Source of the DNA: an uncultured Bacteroidales bacterium
GTDB taxonomy: Bacteria > Bacteroidota > Bacteroidia > Bacteroidales > VadinHA17
Assembly: GCA_963838215.1 (NCBI GenBank)
Contig: CAWIQG010000007.1
Span: forward strand, 8,308 to 72,307
Length of the DNA stretch: 64,000 bases
Direction: 5' to 3'
Shown here: piece after piece, positions 1 to 7,136 of the stretch
How positions within the stretch are numbered: position 1 is the first letter of the stretch
Layout of the letters: the number at the start of each line of letters is the position of its first letter
Made by a program: the position numbers and the translations under genes
The notes under the pieces: model-generated
Seen by the model: only the letters and a program-made list of their open reading frames with translations
Told to the model about the DNA's origin: nothing
The model's database searches: none

Positions 1-674
1 TGGTAAGAGATGTTGAACGTGGACTTGATGACAAAGATCGTTTGAACTGTTATGATGAACAGCTCTGGTTATACTACCGTGTACTTGGACAAAAACGAGA
101 TGACAATAACAAGATATACAGTTTTCATGCCCCTGAAGTAAAATGTATCTCAAAAGGCAAAGAACACAAGAGGTATGAATTTGGCAACAAAAGTAGCTTT
201 GCAATCACCAAGAAAAGTGGAATAGTAGTTGGGGCGATGGCATTTGAAGATAATATTTTCGATGGTCATACTCTTGAACCGCAACTGGCACAGGTTGAAG
301 ATCTTTTAGGTCGATTGCCTGAAGCTGCCTTGGTTGACAGAGGCTGTAAGGGGCGAAAAAGCATCATGGGGGTTAGCATTAAAATACCAGGCTCAGGAAA
401 AGGTAAAACCGCTTATCAAAAAGCCAAAGAGAGAGAGCGGTTCCGAAGAAGAGCATCAATAGAACCAATTATAGGACATTTAAAACAAGACCACCGGTTA
501 CTCAGAAATTACCTCAAAGGTGTTGAGGGTGATATGATTAACACTCTTTTGGCAGGTGCAGCGTTCAATATGATGAAGATGTTACGGAAAATCCGTAAGT
601 CTATTATCTGTGTCTTAAATGAATTTATCAAAAAATTGACTCAGGAATATAAGATCCTGGTGAATTATTGTTAA
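1..674 (+). mobile_element. IS5-family transposase, C-terminal part (5' end outside the window)
   Basis: Motifs KGKxHKxYEFGxK, DGHTL, VDRG and RRRASIEPIIGHLKQDHRLxRNYLKG..GDxIN...AAFN are typical of IS5-family DDE transposases; the frame is open from the window edge. Confidence 0.9.
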
Positions 675-682
675 AACAGACA

Positions 683-698
683 TTTTAAGGATCGACTA
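683..698 (+). mobile_element. Probable right terminal inverted repeat of the IS5 element
   Basis: TTTTAAGGATCGACTA just after the transposase stop resembles the ...TTYAGGRNCGACTA ends of this IS5 group; the left end is not in the window, so it cannot be paired. Confidence 0.5.
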
Positions 699-906
699 CT
701 TAATCTGACTGGCTAAATGGGGTCGTGCACATCGGCGTTTGCAGTAAATAACAAAGTATAGATGAAGGTCCTATATATAATAATAAAACAAAATATGAAC
801 TATTGCTTCCCAATTCCCCAAAATAATGTAAATTGAGGGTCAAATGTGAAATGTTGGCAATAGGCTTTATATCTGTATGTTATACAATATTATCGATTAT
901 GGCCTA

Positions 907-1065
907 TGTGACTGACGTGGCGAAAGCATATCTGAAGCAAAGGAAAAAGTAAAAAGGCGAAAGGCGAAAGTAACCATTTCAACAATTCAACTTCTTCAAC
1001 ATTTCAACTTTTCAACTTTTTACTTTCTCCTTTCTCCTTTCTCCTTTTCAATTGACTGACGGGGC
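907..1065. repeat. 159-bp direct repeat, copy A, bounded by TGACTGACG(T/G)GGC 13-mers
   Basis: Ungapped match to 6077-6235 with 11 mismatches in 159 (hand count). 13-mers at 909-921 and 1053-1065; internal AAAGGCG, TTCAAC and TTTCTCC micro-repeats. Confidence 0.95.
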
Positions 1066-1331
1066 TGTACTGTGATAAATCGTAAAAAACAGGGTATTTG
1101 GGAAGACATTCTAAGAAAAGTACGATATCGAATAGTCCCATAGTTAATAGTATCAGGTATCACTTTCGGAGAGTTTAAATCGATTATACAGGACGCAGGA
1201 AAAAATTGCCTGATATCAAAAGTATTGAGCATTCCTATAAGTTCTTAAGCTCATTTTTTTGCTTAAAAGATTAGAAAGTAAAAATCAATGATGTAAAAAA
1301 TCTGTATAAAATTTAATAGAAGAGGCTAAAT

Positions 1332-2159
1332 ATGGAAAAAATAATTCTGACTGGACATTCAACTATTGACGGAGCTGGTGTTAAGTTGTTTAGAGTTTTC
1401 GCTAATGATAATACGAAACTTACTGACCCTTTCCTGCTCCTGGATAATTTTGGCTCTGACAGGCCGGAAGAATATATACGTGGATTTCCCTGGCATCCGC
1501 ATAGAGGTATAGAAACAGTTACCTACATGCTTGAAGGAAAGGTTGAACATGAAGACAGCATTGGAAATAAGGGAGTAATAAACTCAGGAGATATTCAATG
1601 GATGACTGCGGGGAGTGGCATACTTCATCAGGAGATGCCAAAAGCACAAAAAGGCATGATGCAGGGGATACAATTATGGGTCAACTTGCCATCCAAAAAT
1701 AAAATGATGGCCCCAAGATATAGGGGAATTACAAGTCAGGAGATTCCGGTAATAAAAATGGATGGAATCGAGATCAAAATTATTTCCGGCACTTACAATA
1801 ATAAAAAAGGTCCTGTTACAGACTTGATTGTTGATGTAGAATATTTAGATGTTTTATTGGATAAAGGAAAGGCAATTACTTATAATATAAAAAAAAGTTA
1901 TACTACCTTTTGTTATCTGATTGAAGGAAAAGGCGATTTTGAAGGCAGCATTTTGGAAAAGAGGCAGTTGATTTTATTTAAAGATACTGCAAACCTTGCC
2001 GTGAAGGCAAAAGAAAAATTAAGGTTCATACTGGTCTCCGGAATGCCAATTAATGAACCAATTGCCTGGGGTGGACCGATCGTGATGAACACTCAGGAAG
2101 AATTGCGGATCGCGTTCGACGAACTCGATCATGCGACATTTATAAAGGCTGGTAGATGA
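1332..2159 (+). CDS. Pirin family protein (bicupin)
   Basis: DPFLLLD, GFPWHPHRGIETVTY, WMTAGSGILHQE, QLWVNLP, GPIVMNT motifs. Confidence 0.95.
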   Translation: MEKIILTGHSTIDGAGVKLFRVFANDNTKLTDPFLLLDNFGSDRPEEYIRGFPWHPHRGIETVTYMLEGKVEHEDSIGNKGVINSGDIQWMTAGSGILHQEMPKAQKGMMQGIQLWVNLPSKNKMMAPRYRGITSQEIPVIKMDGIEIKIISGTYNNKKGPVTDLIVDVEYLDVLLDKGKAITYNIKKSYTTFCYLIEGKGDFEGSILEKRQLILFKDTANLAVKAKEKLRFILVSGMPINEPIAWGGPIVMNTQEELRIAFDELDHATFIKAGR

Positions 2160-2269
2160 AGTTCAATCAAAAGACTAAATTTTCCCCTACAGGGTCTTAA
2201 ATACGAGATTCTGCATCATGACCATTATCATGAAAATAACCAAATACTCAAAGAGAAATAAGAACGCTC

Positions 2270-2396
2270 CGCTAACTCGATCAATGCCATGAAAAGCACT
2301 ACACTGAAACAGACAGCAACCAAACCAGATGGGGATCGCTAATTTTGGCTTAAATGAAAAATCCAGTATAGGTTATAAAGCAGACTCCCGTTAGCC
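2270..2396 (+). repeat. attC-like intergenic element 1
   Basis: Starts CGCTAAC and ends GTTAGCC (complementary cores); 2334-2395 matches 4358-4418 at 52/62; next ATG is 30 bp downstream. Confidence 0.6.
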
Positions 2397-2426
2397 TTAA
2401 ATAATAACAAATAACTCCTAGATCAC

Positions 2427-3326
2427 ATGAATATTAAAATCTTTTTATTAAGCCTGATTCTACTAAGCATGATGAATAAGTTTGACTTATTAAAAGCTCA
2501 GGGAGAGAGTATTGAACAGATAACAATATTTGGATCCAGGATTAAGAATCCTGTAGTGACAGATGTTAGAACTGAACAAAATAATATCTATTTTAATGTT
2601 AATAACAAATCTTTTTATCCATATATTTTTGAAGTAACATTTGGAGACTTCAGGAATTTAAGTCCCAGAGTATTCGATAAAAAAGTTACACTTTCACCAG
2701 GGATAAATAGATTATTTACTTTTAAAATACTTAATCCCAAAGAGGCTCCAGTTCTAAGCTATCAAACCAGATATTATCCGGCTAAAACAAATTCGAGTGA
2801 TCAAAAATTCAATTCATATTTGGTTCCTATCGGTAGGAATAGAACTGTTGAATTTCAAACTATCAATGATGGAAAATCAATCAAAATATTCATTGATCAA
2901 TTCGTAATGAATATTGGAGATACCGTTTTTAATTCGCGAAAAGGAATTGTGACAGCATTACCTGATAACAGCGGCGAAATTGACAGGATTATTTATAATA
3001 GTTTTGAAATCCGTCATGAAGATGGAACAATTGCAGTTTACCTGGGATTAAACTCGGACGTAAAAGTGCACAAATTGGGTCAGGTAGTCTTTCCTGGTCA
3101 GCCAATTGGTATAATAGGTGCTTCGAAACTATTGACTTTTCGAGTATATGAAATGCAGGATGAAGGGATGCTAAAGGCAATTAATATTTTATATTCAGGA
3201 CAAGATACTCATATGATTTTAGATCAAAACTTAAATGGAACAAAAGTTTTCTATTCGGCTGATATTATAAAAAAAGAGATGACTAGAAAGGAAATATCTA
3301 GATTCGATAAACATACTCTTTATTAA
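2427..3326 (+). CDS. Secreted protein with a degenerate M23 peptidase-like C-terminal domain
   Basis: N-terminal signal peptide; GDTVFNSRKGIV...IRHEDGTIAVY...GQVVFPGQPIG resembles the M23/LytM fold, but the HxH metal motif is missing. Confidence 0.7.
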   Translation: MNIKIFLLSLILLSMMNKFDLLKAQGESIEQITIFGSRIKNPVVTDVRTEQNNIYFNVNNKSFYPYIFEVTFGDFRNLSPRVFDKKVTLSPGINRLFTFKILNPKEAPVLSYQTRYYPAKTNSSDQKFNSYLVPIGRNRTVEFQTINDGKSIKIFIDQFVMNIGDTVFNSRKGIVTALPDNSGEIDRIIYNSFEIRHEDGTIAVYLGLNSDVKVHKLGQVVFPGQPIGIIGASKLLTFRVYEMQDEGMLKAINILYSGQDTHMILDQNLNGTKVFYSADIIKKEMTRKEISRFDKHTLY

Positions 3327-3342
3327 ACCTAAGGCTAAAAAC

Positions 3343-3360
3343 GAGTTATGGTTAATAAAG
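3343..3360 (+). repeat. Cassette-boundary core site (GTTATGG), inverted with 4066-4083
   Basis: GAGTTATGGTTAATAAAG matches the reverse complement of 4066-4083 (GAGTTATGGTTAGTAATG) at 16/18; it also pairs with ACTAACCATAAC at 3392-3403. Confidence 0.7.
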
Positions 3361-3521
3361 TAATTACCTGCATGTTAGAAGGCTTTTTTAAACTAACCAT
3401 AACAGATAAATCAAGGTCGTTTTACCGAGACAATGCCAGCCCATCTATCAGTATTCATCATCTGGACAAATTTCTTTCGACAAGACAACTATTGAAGGAT
3501 AGATGGTTTTCTTAAATTTCC

Positions 3522-3529
3522 TATCTTTG
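3522..3529 (+). promoter_or_regulatory. Bacteroidota -7 promoter element of the TA operon
   Basis: TATCTTTG fits TAnnTTTG, 18 bp before the antitoxin ATG at 3548. Confidence 0.6.
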
Positions 3530-3547
3530 CAATACATATTTGAAGCC

Positions 3548-3784
3548 ATGACAGCGATACAATTAAAGACTTTATTAATCCACAGGATATCGGAAATTAA
3601 CGATGTTTCTTTTCTCAGAGCATTAAAAACAATTCTTGACTCTAAGACTGAAACAGGAGTGATACAATTAACTCAAGAACAACTCGATGACATAATTGCC
3701 TCAAAGAAAGAAATAGAACAAGGATTATTCATCGAAAATAGTGCTTTAGAAAAAGAAGTTAAGCATTGGCTAAACGCAAGATAG
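3548..3784 (+). CDS. Putative type II antitoxin
   Basis: 78-aa ORF (MTAIQLK...LTQEQLDDIIASKKEIEQG) overlapping the downstream RelE/ParE gene; ATG 3548 preferred because it follows the -7 motif. Confidence 0.75.
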   Translation: MTAIQLKTLLIHRISEINDVSFLRALKTILDSKTETGVIQLTQEQLDDIIASKKEIEQGLFIENSALEKEVKHWLNAR

Positions 3785-4065
3785 TCTGGTCAAATAGAGC
3801 AAAGATTAGACTCTATGCCATACTTGATTTCTATATTGTAAGAAATAAAAGTAAGGTATATTCAATCAAACTTCAAAAACTAATTTCAAAAGAGGTCAAC
3901 CTTCTTATAAAACAACCTGATCTTGGATTAAAAACATCGGAGGAGACAACTCGGGGACTAATAATTGAGAATTACATTGTCTACTATGAGATTACTGATG
4001 ATAAAATCATTATTCATACAATCTGGGATAGCAGACAAAATCCTGACAACAAGATAATTAAATAA
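3766..4065 (+). CDS. Type II toxin, RelE/ParE family
   Basis: 99 aa, basic; KIVWSNRA..L..I..FY...PDLG.....TRGLIIENYIVYY......I.IHTIWDSRQNP is the ParE/RelE pattern. Confidence 0.9.
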   Translation: MAKRKIVWSNRAKIRLYAILDFYIVRNKSKVYSIKLQKLISKEVNLLIKQPDLGLKTSEETTRGLIIENYIVYYEITDDKIIIHTIWDSRQNPDNKIIK

Positions 4066-4074
4066 CATTACTAA

Positions 4075-4419
4075 CCATAACTCAGTCAGTATAGTTAATT
4101 GCCTTCGGCCAAAACCGGGACTCAACACAAAAGAGAGTTTTTTTAATTGGCCGGCCGACGCTCTAGCTGTCATGGTTTTTGCCGGCACCATCAAGACAAT
4201 TATATCATGACAAGACAACTCCTGCCCATTTATCTGGACTTTCCACTTTGACAACTTCATCTAGACGGGAAAACTTTCGTCCGTCAACCGGATTTTACAA
4301 AAACGCATACCAACCCTGACACAGACGACAACTGACCAAACCGCCAGAGCAAGAAGAGATCGCTAATTCTGGTTTAGATGAAATATCGATATAGGTTATC
4401 AGACAAACTCCCGTTAGCG
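4075..4419 (+). repeat. attC-like intergenic element 2 (longest copy, ~345 bp)
   Basis: Starts CCATAAC 10 bp after the toxin stop and ends GTTAGCG; 4172-4248 resembles 5829-5904 and 4358-4418 resembles 2334-2395. Confidence 0.6.
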
Positions 4420-4537
4420 TTCAGCATAAACTGCGCACAAAGAGGAATTTATAATGACAGTTTCACAATTTCTATAATAATCTGTTTCACAGCAATATTG
4501 ACAATAATCTTTCCTGGAACAGATTCAATTTGCAATC

Positions 4538-4562
4538 AAATGACGTGTAAATGACGTGTAAA
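4538..4562. promoter_or_regulatory. Tandem 11-bp direct repeat, candidate operator of the XRE gene
   Basis: AAATGACGTGT x2, upstream of the -7 motif TAATTTTG (4601-4608) and the ATG at 4630. Confidence 0.5.
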
Positions 4563-4629
4563 GTACATAATTATTACTTTAAGCATCAGTTTTTCAATTG
4601 TAATTTTGACAAAACTTAAATGCACTACC

Positions 4630-5493
4630 ATGAAACAACCAGAATTAGGGAAAAAGATTTCCGAATTAAGAAAGGATAAAGGACTTACCCAAGAGGAACT
4701 TGTTGACAAGTGTAATATAAGTGTCCGAACAATCCAAAGAATTGAGGCAGGTGAAGTTACTCCAAGGAGTTATACTGTTAAAACTATTCTTGCTGCCCTC
4801 GATTATGACCTAAGTAAAATATCAGATATGATTGATGATAATAATAAACGGAACTTCTTTGAATGGTTAAGAGATGTCCTACTTATTGATATTAACCCAG
4901 ATAAACCAGCAAATTATCTTATTAAACAAATTAACATAGCTTGGGTGTTCGGATTAATCTATTTAATTTTAATCATCCTTGGTGGAGCTGGAGCATATTA
5001 CAAAACAACACAGGATCAGATGATTTTCAGCATTCCCTTTAATATATATTTGAAAATCTCTGTCTTAATTGCATCCTTTTTCTTTCAACGTGGTTTCATC
5101 ATTGCCGGTCATTTCTTTAAGAACTACCTACTTAAGATTATGTCTTTCGTCCTAATTTTCGGAATGTTCCTACTTATCAGCTACGACATCACATCAATAT
5201 TTTATAAACCAACTGAACACTTATTTATCCTAAAAGCTTTAGCTCTAATTTTTGGAGTGATAGATATTCTTTTTGGTGTCTCTCTCATTAAGCTTCAAAA
5301 ATCACTTGGACCACTACCGATTATTGCAGGTATCTTCATTATAATCGCAGCTTGTTTTTTCTTAACATTTTCCTTGGCTTATGTAGGCCTTATCATTTTA
5401 ATTCCTTATGAGATATTAAAAATTGTGATCTTATATAAAGCAATAGAATTAATAAAAACAAAACAGATAGAAAACGAGACCATTACCACTTGA
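4630..5493 (+). CDS. XRE-family HTH regulator with a multi-pass membrane C-terminus
   Basis: MKQPELGKKISELRKDKGLTQEELVDKCNISVRTIQRIEAGEVTPR HTH followed by about 6 hydrophobic helices. Confidence 0.9.
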   Translation: MKQPELGKKISELRKDKGLTQEELVDKCNISVRTIQRIEAGEVTPRSYTVKTILAALDYDLSKISDMIDDNNKRNFFEWLRDVLLIDINPDKPANYLIKQINIAWVFGLIYLILIILGGAGAYYKTTQDQMIFSIPFNIYLKISVLIASFFFQRGFIIAGHFFKNYLLKIMSFVLIFGMFLLISYDITSIFYKPTEHLFILKALALIFGVIDILFGVSLIKLQKSLGPLPIIAGIFIIIAACFFLTFSLAYVGLIILIPYEILKIVILYKAIELIKTKQIENETITT

Positions 5494-5522
5494 CTCAGTC
5501 ACTGTTTAAGTAAAAAAAAATT

Positions 5523-5598
5523 GTCGAGTAGGTAAGGGGGAGTTTCACCCCCAAACCTCTCTCAGAACCGTACGTGAACCTCTCGATTCATACGGCTC
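5523..5598 (-). ncRNA. Group II intron 3' remnant (domains V and VI)
   Basis: Minus strand reads GAGCCGTATGAATCGAGAGGTTCACGTACGGTTC (34-nt domain V, AGC triad, GAGA loop) then TGAGAGAGGTTTGGGGGTGAAACTCCCCCTTACCTACTCGAC (domain VI, terminal AC). No RT ORF nearby. Confidence 0.92.
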
Positions 5599-5778
5599 TT
5601 CGAACTCATACAACCAGCTAAGGCTAAAAGGCACATGTTAAAAGCTCATCCCCCATTTTGGAGCTGGCCAAATTTAAATAGCCTTGAGTCCGCTGACCCC
5701 TTTGCCACTAAACACAACTTGTCCCGATTTATCGGGATGCTTTTTTGCCTTCCTGGACACTGCCATTTAAAAAATTTC

Positions 5779-5904
5779 ATCATGACACGGTAATTCCTAC
5801 TCACCTATCTGGACTAAAAAATAAATAAATGGCTTTTGCAATCCCGTCAAGACAAATTATTTATGACGAGACAACTCCTACTCATCTATCCGGACTTTAC
5901 ACTT
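5779..5904 (+). repeat. attC-like intergenic element 3 (internal segment with a partial tandem copy)
   Basis: 5829-5904 aligns to 4172-4248 (TCAAGACAA..ATGACRAGACAACTCCTRCYCATYTATCYGGACTTT); 5779-5815 is a second, degenerate copy. Confidence 0.75.
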
Positions 5905-6076
5905 CCCACATCATTCTCAGAGTAACATTTTGACTGCTTTTCATATTAAGCAAATATTATTACTAAAAAAATAGACCTATCAGTCCTGTCTTAACCTGAC
6001 TTGATTTATATCAGATTTTCATGAAAATAATGGTGCCATAGTCTGATAACGTCTTATTCTCATCAGCGCTTCTGCC

Positions 6077-6235
6077 TGTGACTGACGTGGCGAAAACATA
6101 TCTAAAGCAAAGGAAAAAGTAAAAAGGTGAAAGGCGAAAGTAACCATTTCAACAATTCAACTTCTTCAACATTTCAATATTTCAACTTTTTACTTTCACC
6201 TTTCTCCTTTCTCCTTTCAACCTGACTGACGTGGC
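6077..6235. repeat. 159-bp direct repeat, copy B
   Basis: Matches 907-1065 at offset 5170; TGACTGACGTGGC at 6079-6091 and 6223-6235. Confidence 0.95.
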
Positions 6236-6244
6236 AATGCTGTA

Positions 6245-6732
6245 GGATTTCGAATTGAGGAATCCGGATTGTGGATTGCGGATTGTGGAATTCGGATTGC
6301 GGATTTGTAACTGATAGCTTTAATCAAAAAAAAAGAGACAAGACTGATCTGCCAGTAAACAGGTTCGAACAGTTCTGGACTTAATTTTAATATTGTTCCT
6401 AAAAATTTTCACGAGTCGAAACATAAATTCCACATCAAAGATATTTCTAAGATTAATCCATGTCAATACCACTTAAGTGTTAGATAAATTTTCATCTAAG
6501 GATAATGCTGATTAGAAAATAGTTTCTTAATTTCATTCCACGATTGTGCTAACCTGTCAAAGGGACGACCGGAAACTAAAAATGAATCGCTGTTTTAAAC
6601 TAAACATTGCGGATTTGAGATTGCGGAATATCAACTTATTGCTAATTAAGAATAACAGGAGAAACTACAATAAAGAAACAATTTCACAAAAAAATCCAAA
6701 ATCTCCAATCCGAAATCCGCAATCCGAAATCT
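6245..6732. repeat. Heptamer arrays (GGATTGC-like) in inverted arrangement
   Basis: GGATTGY runs at 6245-6306 and 6606-6629; complementary AATCCGC/AATCCGA run at 6692-6732. Confidence 0.85.
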
Positions 6733-6772
6733 GGAAAATTGGAACACTATAGTGTAAACTGCTATCGGTTTC

Positions 6773-6799
6773 TACCCCCAACTCCCCTTTAGGAGGGCT
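6773..6799. repeat. REP-like short hairpin repeat
   Basis: TACCCCCAACTCCCCTTTAGGAGGGCT resembles the reverse complement of 20432-20459 (TACCCCCAACCCCATTCTAAAAGGGGCT). Confidence 0.55.
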
Positions 6800-7041
6800 T
6801 TAAGAAAGTTGATTTCAAAAGCAGCACTCAGGCAAACTGGAACGAATATATTCTTCAGCGGTGCACAGGAAAAACCACAAACACAAATAAATCATAACAA
6901 TAATATGAAATCACCAAATAAACAACCAACTGACGCCCGCAGGGCGAATGAAGACTTAAGACACTCCCCATTGAAAACTAACAGTTCAATGGTTAGAACG
7001 ATAATTTCTATTTACAATAAAATATATGATAATTAAATATA

Positions 7042-7075
7042 TAGTTGCACAACTAATATATCAGGTATATCTTTG
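7042..7075 (+). promoter_or_regulatory. Palindromic operator plus -7 promoter element upstream of the ABC permease
   Basis: TAGTTG-CA-CAACTA (7042-7055) and TATCTTTG (7068-7075). Confidence 0.5.
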
Positions 7076-7136
7076 GTATGAATAGACATAAAATGTTGAT
7101 CTATCTGTCTTTAAATGATAACCCAACTTAAATAAC

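Noticed and set aside
1020-1232. 70-aa minus-strand ORF
   Set aside because: Its C-terminus is a translation of the TTTCTCC micro-repeat; no recognisable motif.
3958-4260. 100-aa minus-strand ORF
   Set aside because: Antisense to the toxin gene and running through the non-coding spacer repeat.
6035-6066. Possible Xer dif-like site
   Set aside because: Only a partial ..GATAA arm; the second arm does not fit TTATGTTAAAT.
907-6235. CRISPR array interpretation of the repeats
   Set aside because: There are no regularly spaced 23-50-bp repeats with unique spacers of uniform length, and no cas genes.
5523-6800. Complete group II intron, retron or diversity-generating retroelement
   Set aside because: No reverse transcriptase ORF or convincing intron 5' domains. 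Differences between the 159-bp repeats are not confined to adenines and neither copy lies in a target gene.
6546-7036. ORFs 6546-6752 and 6809-7036
   Set aside because: Non-ATG starts and low complexity; the first translates the heptamer arrays.
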